In this document: positions 18,908 through 27,308 of the stretch, piece by piece
How the letters are laid out: the number at the start of each line of letters is the position of its first letter
Position numbering within the stretch: the stretch's first letter is position 1
Source of the DNA: Pseudomonadota bacterium
GTDB lineage: Bacteria; Myxococcota_A; UBA796; UBA9615
NCBI GenBank assembly: GCA_024229515.1
Contig: JAAESI010000275.1
Location: 131,181-195,180 of the forward strand
DNA: 64,000 nt
Reading direction: 5' to 3'
Position numbers and translations under genes: made by a program
Notes under the pieces: model-generated
Told to the model about the DNA's origin: nothing
Database searches by the model: none
The model's input: the letters and a program-made list of their open reading frames with translations, nothing else

Positions 18908-19765
18908 ATGATGAAGAAGCTTCTGCTGCTGCTCGCCCTCGCCCTCGTCCTGCCGATGACGCTCCTGAGCGTCGGCTGCAGCCACATCGACGACGATGAC
19001 GCCACCGACGACGACGACGACGCCACCGACGACGACGACGCCACCGACGACGACGACGCCAACGATGATGACGACGCGGCGCCGACGCACAGCATCTCGG
19101 GCACGATCAGCCCGGCCGAGGAGGGGCTCACGGTCACCTGCTGCAGCGGCGACACCTGCATGTTCAGCCCCACGGATGGGGCCGGCGACTTCTCGTGCGT
19201 CGACGTTCCCGACGGAGCGTGGATCGTGCACAACATCGGCATCCCCGGCGCCGCGACGAACCCGAACGCTCCGCTGGAGTGGGCCTCCTTCTACGACATC
19301 GTCGTGGTCGACGGCGCCGACGTGGCCCTGGGCACGCTGACGATCCCCGAGATCACCGACCGCATCGAGGCGACCGCGGACAACGGCAGCCACACCTTCG
19401 ACAACGACGTCACCGTGACCTGGGACGCCGCCTTCGACCCGCCGCTGACCGCCATCGCGGTGGAGACCCTGTCGCTGGGCTGCGCCACACTCCCCGCCAG
19501 CCAGTACGCGGGTAGCCTCGCGGGGGAGGACATCGTCGCCGCCTACGTGTTCGCCCCGTTCGAGATGGGCATCGAGAGCGGCGAATTCCGCGTGAGCGCG
19601 CCGGCTGACGGCCTCACCGCCGCGGACGACGTGACGATCAAGTTCGCCCACTACGAGACGGACATCTACTCGGGCGAGTGGAGCGAGGCGACGGGCACCG
19701 CCGGGGACGGCACCGTCGACATCGCGATCGAGCTGCTCTCGGTCCTCTACGTCATCCGCAACTAG
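18908..19765 (+). CDS. Hypothetical lipoprotein with a (DDDDAT)n tether
   Basis: Signal peptide with lipobox SVGC, Asp repeats, beta-rich acidic domains; GGAG SD. Confidence 0.75.
   Translation: MMKKLLLLLALALVLPMTLLSVGCSHIDDDDATDDDDDATDDDDATDDDDANDDDDAAPTHSISGTISPAEEGLTVTCCSGDTCMFSPTDGAGDFSCVDVPDGAWIVHNIGIPGAATNPNAPLEWASFYDIVVVDGADVALGTLTIPEITDRIEATADNGSHTFDNDVTVTWDAAFDPPLTAIAVETLSLGCATLPASQYAGSLAGEDIVAAYVFAPFEMGIESGEFRVSAPADGLTAADDVTIKFAHYETDIYSGEWSEATGTAGDGTVDIAIELLSVLYVIRN
18989..19075 (+). repeat. Coding low-complexity repeat (GAC)n-GCCACC encoding DDDDAT units
   Basis: Directly visible tandem ~18-bp units. Confidence 0.85.
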
Positions 19766-19768
19766 CGC

Positions 19769-20596
19769 CTATGGCTCCTCGCCGAGGAGCCGCACCGGCG
19801 TATCCATCCGCTGAACGAACCCCTCCAGGGCGGCGCGATCGCGCTCGTCCTCCGGACTCCCCGTGCCCGGCGCAGGGAGCCTCGCCATCAACTCCTCAGC
19901 CTGACGAAGCAGGGCCCGCCGGTCCGAGGAGTAGGTGCGGGCGCGGTCCAGGGCATCGTCGGCGGCTCCCACCGGATCGGCTGCGTGGAACTGGGCCTGC
20001 GCGAGGGCGGCGGCGGCGGCGGCGGCTTCTTCGGCCCGAATCGCGGCGAGCCGCTCCACTTCGACCGCGGCTGCTTCGGCCGCTTGTTCGGCTTCGGCCC
20101 ACGAGGCCCGGATCGCGGGCACGGCGCCGACCCCGGGCGGGTCCTCGCCCCAACGGGCGCGGTACCAGGCTTCGAACGACTGCTCCCGCACGCCGAGCGC
20201 ATCGAGGGCCTCCAGGTCGCCCTCGGGGAGGGCCGCCGCTTCGGCGCGGACCATGCCCACCCAGGTCTCGGACAGATCGCGCAGTTCGCCGCGCAGCGGA
20301 GGCTCGGGGGCGCTCTCGGACCAGGCGATCGCCGTCCACACGTCGACCGCCCCATCGGGCACCGCCGCCTCCCAGCCGCGGGGGGCGAAGCGGCCGCGCT
20401 CCAGCACCGCCGAGCCATCGTCGAGCCGCACGAGGCGGTACTTGCCGTGGTGCACGGCGGCGGCGATGAGCAGGCCGACGCAGACGAGCACCAGCGCGAT
20501 GGCGGCGGCCCGGGGGAGCCAGGCGATCAGCCCGTCCTCAGGCAGGAACGGATCGTCGCCGGGCGGGGGAGTCGGCGGCGTGGGGGTCTCAGCCAT
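19769..20596 (-). CDS. Hypothetical single-pass membrane protein with coiled-coil C-terminus
   Basis: TM (AIALVLVCVGLLIAAAV) followed by an Ala/Glu-rich helical region. Confidence 0.65.
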   Translation of the reverse strand: MAETPTPPTPPPGDDPFLPEDGLIAWLPRAAAIALVLVCVGLLIAAAVHHGKYRLVRLDDGSAVLERGRFAPRGWEAAVPDGAVDVWTAIAWSESAPEPPLRGELRDLSETWVGMVRAEAAALPEGDLEALDALGVREQSFEAWYRARWGEDPPGVGAVPAIRASWAEAEQAAEAAAVEVERLAAIRAEEAAAAAAALAQAQFHAADPVGAADDALDRARTYSSDRRALLRQAEELMARLPAPGTGSPEDERDRAALEGFVQRMDTPVRLLGEEP

Positions 20597-20625
20597 CGAC
20601 CGAAGGATAGTAGACTCGCCCCCCC

Positions 20626-21543
20626 GTGGAGATCACCGACCCCGAAGGAGCGCTCAAGCTCGCTGGCGAGTTGTACGCCCAGGACGGCACGCCATGCGCG
20701 ACGTGCACGTGTTCGTACATGACGTTGAAGCAGGGAGCGGGCACGTCGTTGGGCTTCTCCTCGGGGGGCGGCTTGGCGCTGCGGGTCTGTCGGATCGGCC
20801 GCGAGCCGCTGACCGCGGACGACGGCACGCAAGAACTGTGGTGTGAGGACTACACCGGGTTCGCCTCGATCGTTCCCATCAGCGCCGACGATCTGACCCA
20901 ACTGCAGGCAGAAGCGAGCCGCGGCTTCCTCGCCGATCTGGCCCAGGGAGTCCGTCCCCTGCCCCGCACCGCCGACGACCTCCGCTGGTACGACCGCGGC
21001 TTCCGCGAAGGCTGGCTTCCGCCGCACCGCGTGGAGGTCGGGAGCAGCCTCGAAGGGGAGCGCATCCGGGGGCCGTGGGAGCAGTTCCAGGTCATCGGGG
21101 TGACCCCCGCGTTCGGCGACGGACACACCCCCGCCCTGGGCGACGTCATCCTCCAGGCCAAGGACCGCCGCAGCTACCTGCTGCAGCTGCGCCCCGACGC
21201 GGAGTTCGTCGAGGGCGTCACCCAACCGCACGCGTGGTGGGTCAGCCAGGTCAGCACCGGGGCCGCGCTGCCCCTGGAGTCACCGGTGGATGCGCGTCGA
21301 GGCGCCCGCATGTTGGTGGTCCGAGGGGGCGAGTCGGTCCTGAGTCCGCATGCCTGCCGCTACCTCGATCGCGACGAGGTCGACGGGGCGCTGGAGCAGA
21401 TCGCCGAAGAAGCGGTGCGGACCGCCCACGCGGCGATGAAGCGGGGCCAGGACCCGATCGCACGGGTGGTGCTGCGGCGCGGACTGCGCGCCCGACCCAC
21501 CCACACGGCGCTGGTGGCGCTGCGGGACCTGCTCGGTGACTGA
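20626..21543 (+). CDS. Hypothetical protein with N-terminal Cys cluster
   Basis: CATCTC...C...C; stop overlaps the next gene's start. Confidence 0.6.
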   Translation: MEITDPEGALKLAGELYAQDGTPCATCTCSYMTLKQGAGTSLGFSSGGGLALRVCRIGREPLTADDGTQELWCEDYTGFASIVPISADDLTQLQAEASRGFLADLAQGVRPLPRTADDLRWYDRGFREGWLPPHRVEVGSSLEGERIRGPWEQFQVIGVTPAFGDGHTPALGDVILQAKDRRSYLLQLRPDAEFVEGVTQPHAWWVSQVSTGAALPLESPVDARRGARMLVVRGGESVLSPHACRYLDRDEVDGALEQIAEEAVRTAHAAMKRGQDPIARVVLRRGLRARPTHTALVALRDLLGD

Positions 21544-23500
21544 GGAGAAGCGCGGCCGGATCGTGGTCGGCGTGGTGGTCGCGATCTTCGCGTTGCACCG
21601 GCTCGCCGTGCTGCTGTCAGCCGGCGACTTCCTCTACCCGCTGGAGCCCTCGGAGGCGAAGAACTCGCAGATCGCGTGGGACCTGATGTCGGGCCGCTTC
21701 GGCAGCGACGGGTACGAGGCCGGCAACTACATCGCCAACAGCGGATCGATCCACCACGGCTCCTACAGCTCCATGGCGCTGAGCTACTGGGGCGTCAGTC
21801 GGTTCTTCGGGTACGGACTGCTGTCGATCCGGCTGGTCCCGTTCCTGTTCACCACCGCGGCGGTGCTGGTCTGGCTGGAGGTCCTCCGGCGGCACTTCGG
21901 GCTCGTCGCGGCGGTGGTCTCGGGCATCGCCCTGACGCTGGTGCCGACGCTGTTCTTCGCCTTCCAGCTGACGTTCCTGGGGTGCCACCCCGAGTCGGTG
22001 CTCCCGCTCGCGCTGACGATCGGCGTGTGGGCGACGTGGTGCAAAGCGGGCGGATCGGACGAGCGGCTGTCGGGCCTGCTGGGAGCGTGCATCGGCTACT
22101 CGATGATCTTCAGCTACCTGCTGTGGCCGTTCCTGGGGCTGATGGGCGCGCTGTCCCTCGTTCCTCCGGTGGTCAAGCCCGGGCTCAAGGCGCTGCGCGC
22201 GATGGGGATCGGCGGCCTGATCGGGCTCTGGCCGCTGTGGCTCATCTTGCTGTTCGGCGGGCCGGGGGCGCTGTTCGGCTCGGCGATCACGGAGCGGGAA
22301 GAGACGACGCTCACGAACATGGCGACCGGCGCGGGGCTGTCGATGGACCTGTGGGTCCAGACGATCTGGGAGAACCTGCCGGCTGCGTTCCACGACTTCT
22401 GGATGAACGAACGGGAAGCCGGAGGCCTGTGGGGCGGGATGAACTTCGAGCCGGTGGCGTACCGGATGCTCGCGTTCGGCCCGCTGCTGCTGCTGCCGTG
22501 GGCGGCAACGGAGAAGGACGCGACGAACCGTCGGCTGCTGCTGCTGATCGGGGGCGCGCCGACCATCGTCTACCTGTGGCTCTGCTTCGCCAGCCCGTGG
22601 AAGCCCCACGTGCCGGTTCGCTACTTCATCCCGTTCGCGCTGCTGGGCTTTTCGGCCCCCGCGGTGATGGTCGGGATCGGCGTGCGCGACGCCCGAACGG
22701 GCGAAGGCCTGCGCCGCGTGGCGGGGGTGCTGCTCGCCGTCGTCGCCGCCGGAACGCTGCTGTGGCAGGCGCCGCCCCGGCTGACCGAAGCGAACGCCGC
22801 GATCCGGCTGGACCGGGCCGGCGAGCTGCTGCGGCACCGGTACGTGACCTACTACAACCTGGGCTTCGGGACGATCTGGGCCGAACTGGTGGACGACGCC
22901 AACGACCTGATCGACGTGCGCACCGCGCAGGGCGATCCCAACGGCTCGGCTGGCTTCCAGGCGGGCATGTGGGGGAGCGGCCGCCGGTTGGCCCTCGGCG
23001 AAGGCGACTGGGAGTCCCCGCCGCTGGAGTGGGGCTCGATGCAGGCCGGGCTCAACGAGTGGTTCGAGCGGCAGCGCTACAAGGAACCGCAGGACCGGGA
23101 CGACCCCACCGCCTTCGCGGCAAACGTCGGCTGGGGCGCGGGCATCCGCGCGCGCTGGAACGCCGAGCTGATGGCGCAGGTGGTCGAGGAGGGGATGGAG
23201 CGGGCGCCGGAGGGGACCTGGGAGGACCTGTTCTCAGACTCGAACCTGCAGAACCCCGAGGTGCGGATCGACGGGTGGCCGCCCGGACTCCCGTGGGAAT
23301 CATTCTGGGAGGGGTACGGGTTCGGTTGGGGACGCGCCGTGCCGGACGTGCCCGCGAACGTGGACTCGCTGCCGGACGCGCTGCCTGAAGAATATCGCCC
23401 GGCCATCGTCCGAGGTATGGAAGCGGGGCGCGCCCTGGGAACCGTCCCGAAGGCCCCGCGCAAGTCGATCTTCCCGTCCGTGAGAGGTCCCGCGACATGA
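21536..23500 (+). CDS. Polytopic membrane protein, GT-C (ArnT/PMT-like) glycosyltransferase candidate
   Basis: About 10-11 TMs, acidic residue in the first external loop (EPSE), FGYGLLSIRLVP, RYFIP, exported C-terminal domain. Confidence 0.6.
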   Translation: MTEEKRGRIVVGVVVAIFALHRLAVLLSAGDFLYPLEPSEAKNSQIAWDLMSGRFGSDGYEAGNYIANSGSIHHGSYSSMALSYWGVSRFFGYGLLSIRLVPFLFTTAAVLVWLEVLRRHFGLVAAVVSGIALTLVPTLFFAFQLTFLGCHPESVLPLALTIGVWATWCKAGGSDERLSGLLGACIGYSMIFSYLLWPFLGLMGALSLVPPVVKPGLKALRAMGIGGLIGLWPLWLILLFGGPGALFGSAITEREETTLTNMATGAGLSMDLWVQTIWENLPAAFHDFWMNEREAGGLWGGMNFEPVAYRMLAFGPLLLLPWAATEKDATNRRLLLLIGGAPTIVYLWLCFASPWKPHVPVRYFIPFALLGFSAPAVMVGIGVRDARTGEGLRRVAGVLLAVVAAGTLLWQAPPRLTEANAAIRLDRAGELLRHRYVTYYNLGFGTIWAELVDDANDLIDVRTAQGDPNGSAGFQAGMWGSGRRLALGEGDWESPPLEWGSMQAGLNEWFERQRYKEPQDRDDPTAFAANVGWGAGIRARWNAELMAQVVEEGMERAPEGTWEDLFSDSNLQNPEVRIDGWPPGLPWESFWEGYGFGWGRAVPDVPANVDSLPDALPEEYRPAIVRGMEAGRALGTVPKAPRKSIFPSVRGPAT

Positions 23501-24087
23501 GCCACATGCGAATCACGAAGGTGTACACGAAGGCTGGGGATGGGGGCGAGACCCGGCTCGTGGGGGGCCAGAAGGTGCGCAAGGACGACCTCCGGATCGA
23601 GGCCTACGGCACGGTCGACGAGCTGAACGCGATCGTCGGGATCGTGCGGGTGGAGATCGAGCGATCGAAGTCGCCCGCCAAGGAGGCCAACCAGCTGAAC
23701 GCGTGGCTGGAGCAGATCCAGAACGACCTGTTCAACCTGGGCAGCGATCTGGCGACCCGCACCGCGGACCGGTGGGACTCGATGCGGCTGATGGGCGCCG
23801 ACGACGTCATCCGCCTCGAGAATGAGATCGACGCGATGAACGAGGTGCTGGAGCCGCTGACGGAGTTCATCCTCCCCGGCAGCGGGCCGGTCTCGGCGTT
23901 CCTGCACCAGGCCCGGACGGTGTGCCGCCGCGGCGAACGCGACACCGTGCGGCTGACCGAAGCCGAGGACACCAACCCTCAGGCGGTGAAGTACCTGAAC
24001 CGGCTGAGCGACTGGCTGTTCGTGGCCGGGCGGTGGACCGCCAAGGCGATGGGCGAGCCCGAGTACCTCTGGGATCGCGACCGCTAG
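23497..24087 (+). CDS. pduO: PduO-type ATP:cob(I)alamin adenosyltransferase
   Basis: KVYTKAGDGGET, AYGTVDELN, FILPG, RTVCRRGER, YLNRLSDWLF. Confidence 0.93.
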   Translation: MSHMRITKVYTKAGDGGETRLVGGQKVRKDDLRIEAYGTVDELNAIVGIVRVEIERSKSPAKEANQLNAWLEQIQNDLFNLGSDLATRTADRWDSMRLMGADDVIRLENEIDAMNEVLEPLTEFILPGSGPVSAFLHQARTVCRRGERDTVRLTEAEDTNPQAVKYLNRLSDWLFVAGRWTAKAMGEPEYLWDRDR

Positions 24088-24090
24088 GCC

Positions 24091-25098
24091 TCACTCGAGG
24101 GCCGCCGCAAAGTCGACGGTGCCCGCCCCCAGCCCTTCGGCGTCCACCGACGAAGCGGTCGCAAGGATGCGATCGACGACCTCGTCGGCAGACCAATTCG
24201 GGTGGTTCGCGCGCAGCCGCGCGGCCAACGCCGCGACCAGGGGCGCCGACGCCGAGGTGCCGTCGAACGAGCCGTAGCCGTCCTCCGGCAGGGTCGTGAA
24301 CACACACCGCCCGGGGGCGCTGATGCCGACCTCGGGACCGAAGCTGGTCCACGCGGGAGGGCTCCCGTCTTCGTCCACCGCCGCGACCGCGAGCACGCCA
24401 TCGATGCGGGCGGGCCACCGGACCACCTCGGCCCCGTCGTTGCCCGCCGACGCGACTACCACCACGCCGGCCGCCCGGGCCTCCGCGAGCGCGGCCTCGA
24501 CCTCGGCCATGACCGCCGCATCCACATCGTCGGGGAGCACCCCGTCGCTCAGGCTGATCACCTCCGCGCCCTCGGCGACGGCGTAGCGCACCGCCTCCGC
24601 GAGCACCGGCATGACGTTGTGGGCGGCGTCGAAGTCGCGCGCCCGCAGGAGCATCAGCGGGCAGTCCGGGCAGGCCCCCGCGACGCCGACCCCGTTGTCC
24701 GTGCGCGCCGCCAGGATCCCGGCCGCGGCGGTGCCGTGCCCCGCCAGCACCGGATCGAGGCCCTCGACCGCCTCGCGGGAGGCGTCCGCGTCCTGGTCCA
24801 GGAAGTCCCACCCGGCGAGGTCGTCCACGTACTCGTTGCCGTCGTCGTCCAGTCCGTTGGGGAGCTCGCCGGGGTTGACCCACAGCTGCCCTTCCAGGTC
24901 TTCGTGATCCAGCTGGAAGCCGTTGTCGATCACCGCGACCACGACGCCGGCGGCGCCCAGCTCCCCGGTCCACCCGACCGCGGGCAGATGCCACTGCCTC
25001 ACCGCCTCGGGATCGTCGGTCGAGGGCACGACATCGACCGGGCAGGGGTCACCACACCCGCCCGCTCCGAGCGCCACGAGGGCGGCTGCTCCGATCAT
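24091..25098 (-). CDS. S8 subtilisin-like serine protease, probable lipoprotein
   Basis: Catalytic triad VIDNG / GHGTAAAG / GTSASAP, oxyanion SAGN; lipobox-like AGGC. Start at ATG 25098 is tentative. Confidence 0.9.
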   Translation of the reverse strand: MIGAAALVALGAGGCGDPCPVDVVPSTDDPEAVRQWHLPAVGWTGELGAAGVVVAVIDNGFQLDHEDLEGQLWVNPGELPNGLDDDGNEYVDDLAGWDFLDQDADASREAVEGLDPVLAGHGTAAAGILAARTDNGVGVAGACPDCPLMLLRARDFDAAHNVMPVLAEAVRYAVAEGAEVISLSDGVLPDDVDAAVMAEVEAALAEARAAGVVVVASAGNDGAEVVRWPARIDGVLAVAAVDEDGSPPAWTSFGPEVGISAPGRCVFTTLPEDGYGSFDGTSASAPLVAALAARLRANHPNWSADEVVDRILATASSVDAEGLGAGTVDFAAALE

Positions 25099-25145
25099 CG
25101 CTTGTCGCACGGGTCCGATGATCCGCCTGAATGCCCTCAGCCAGC

Positions 25146-26537
25146 TCAGTCGTCGTCGTCCTTCTTCGGGGGCGTTCCCCACAGATCGGTCGAGGACGGA
25201 ACCACGATCTCCGGGTCGGCAGCCGGCTCCTCAGCCGGCGCGGTCTCGGTTCCCCAGACATCCGTCGCCGACGGGAGTACGAGCTCCTCCGGCGGGGCGG
25301 TCACCCCCCAGGGGTTGCTGTCGGCCGGCGCGATCGGCTCCGGCGGGGGCGCCGCCCCCCAGACGTTGGCCGCCGGCTCGATCGGTTCGGCCGCCGCGGG
25401 AGCCCCCCAGGGGTTGGACTGGGCGGGAGCAAGCGCGGGCGCCGGCGCGGGCGTCGCGCCGGTCCCCCAGGGGTCGGCCTCCACGGGGGTGAGCACCGCG
25501 ATCGGCTCCGAGGACGAGCCCCAGACGTTCGGGGCGTCCAGCAGAACCTGCTGATCGGTCGGCGGCGGCTGGGGCCCCCAGATGTCGCTGACCTGCTGCT
25601 GCTGCACCTGCGGATCCGCCTGGGCGATGATGCGGAACTCGATGCGTCGATTCTCCTCGGCGCCGGCCGCCGCGCGGCTCCCGCCGAAGCCGGACGCCTC
25701 CAGCCTCGCGGGCTCCACCCCGAGGTCGATCAGCGCCTTGGCGACCGTGCCCGCGCGTCCCTCCGACAGCTTCACGTTCTTGCGTTCGTCGCCGGAGCTG
25801 TCGGTGTGCCCCTCGACGCGGAGCTGGAGGATCTGCGGGTTCTGCAGGAGCAGGTCGGCGACCGCCTGCAGCGCATCCCCCGAGTCGGCGTCCAGACGGC
25901 TCGTCCGGGACATGAAGGTGATCGGCTGAAGGAGCACGATCTGGTGCTCGGCGATCACCGCGTGGAGCGCATCGGGGCAGCCGTCGACGTCGCGCAGCCA
26001 GTTGTACTCCTCGGCCTGGTCGGGGCAGAGGTCGAGCTCGTCGGCGATGTTGTCGCCGTCGTTGTCGGGATCGGGGCAGCCGTCCTCGTCTTCCCAGCCG
26101 TCCACCGTCTCGGCCGCGTTGGGGCAGGCGTCGTCGCCGTCGAGGATCCCGTCTTCGTCGTTGTCGGGATCCGCGCAGCCGTCGTCATCGAAGAAGCCGT
26201 CGTGGTCCTCGATCTCGCCGGGGCAGCGGTCGTCCGCGTTGTCCACGCCGTCGTAGTCGTGGTCCGGATCGGGGCAACCGTTCTCGTCCTCGAAGAAGTC
26301 GAAGTCCTCGCGCTCGTTGGGGCACTCGTCGTCGACGTCGAGGATCAGGTCGCCGTCGTTGTCGGCGTCGGGGCAGCCGTCCTCGTCCTCCCATCCGTCG
26401 AGGTCCTCGGCCTCCTTGGGGCAGGCGTCCAGCGATCGGGTGATGCCGTCCCCGTCGCGGTCGAACTTCACCTTCTCCTGCGCCGCGGCCGGAGCGGCCA
26501 GCAGCAGCGTCAGCGCGAACGCGGCAAGGAACCTCAT
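25146..26537 (-). CDS. OmpA-family peptidoglycan-binding protein with thrombospondin type-3 repeats and a WG-repeat tail
   Basis: Signal peptide; D.DGC.D.D.D.D repeats; EGHTD...LSEGRA...NRRIEF OmpA motif; ATG at 26537 overlaps the upstream stop. Confidence 0.9.
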   Translation of the reverse strand: MRFLAAFALTLLLAAPAAAQEKVKFDRDGDGITRSLDACPKEAEDLDGWEDEDGCPDADNDGDLILDVDDECPNEREDFDFFEDENGCPDPDHDYDGVDNADDRCPGEIEDHDGFFDDDGCADPDNDEDGILDGDDACPNAAETVDGWEDEDGCPDPDNDGDNIADELDLCPDQAEEYNWLRDVDGCPDALHAVIAEHQIVLLQPITFMSRTSRLDADSGDALQAVADLLLQNPQILQLRVEGHTDSSGDERKNVKLSEGRAGTVAKALIDLGVEPARLEASGFGGSRAAAGAEENRRIEFRIIAQADPQVQQQQVSDIWGPQPPPTDQQVLLDAPNVWGSSSEPIAVLTPVEADPWGTGATPAPAPALAPAQSNPWGAPAAAEPIEPAANVWGAAPPPEPIAPADSNPWGVTAPPEELVLPSATDVWGTETAPAEEPAADPEIVVPSSTDLWGTPPKKDDDD

Positions 26538-27247
26538 CGGGCGGTGACCACGGGGGCGGTCACGACGAACTCGAAGTCCTCGTGCGAGCAGTCGGTGTCG
26601 TTGTCGTCGCCGGTGGCGACGAAGCCGAAGGTGTACTCGCCCGCCTCCAACGCGCGGAACGACATGCGGTCGACGAGGTCGCCCTCGAAGGAGAGCGCGA
26701 TCGGTCCGGGGGTCTCCGACGGCGGGATCGTGCAGTCGGACAAGCCGTCGTCTTCCCCGACGCAGTAATCGGGCACGTCGCCATGCAACTCGATGGGGAA
26801 GCCCTGGAGGTCGTCCCAGTCGTACAGGGCGAGGCCGTCCGAGGTCTCGAACCGATCGACCATGTCGCCGTAGGAGGCGGCGAGCACGACCTCGTTGAAG
26901 TTCAGCATGAAGTGGTCGTCGTACTCCATCACCTGCTCGAAGCCCGGGTCGACCCCGTCGAACTCGAAGTCGAGGCCGCAGACGATCCCACCTTCGGGGA
27001 TCTCCAGCGACGCGACCTGCTCCGTGCGCGCCGCGACCACGCCCGAGATTGCCTCCCAGTTGCCGCCCACGCCCCACTCGCACCCGTAGGTGGCGGGGAA
27101 GAAGACGTCGAGTTCCAGAGACTCCGGCTCGTGCTCGTCGCACACGTCGCGCAGGGCCTGGACCGAATCGATCGACCCGAGGTCAGCGAGCCCGGTGCAG
27201 CCAGCGGCGAACGCCAAGACGGTGATCGAGAACATCCACGAACGCAT
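26534..27247 (-). CDS. Hypothetical acidic lipoprotein
   Basis: Lipobox AAGC; 6 further Cys; GAGGGG SD before ATG 27247. Confidence 0.7.
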   Translation of the reverse strand: MRSWMFSITVLAFAAGCTGLADLGSIDSVQALRDVCDEHEPESLELDVFFPATYGCEWGVGGNWEAISGVVAARTEQVASLEIPEGGIVCGLDFEFDGVDPGFEQVMEYDDHFMLNFNEVVLAASYGDMVDRFETSDGLALYDWDDLQGFPIELHGDVPDYCVGEDDGLSDCTIPPSETPGPIALSFEGDLVDRMSFRALEAGEYTFGFVATGDDNDTDCSHEDFEFVVTAPVVTAR

Positions 27248-27308
27248 TTGCCAGCCCCTCTCGCCGCGAGTGTAGGGCGGGACCCCCCTTCGCGGAAGCG
27301 TCACGCAC

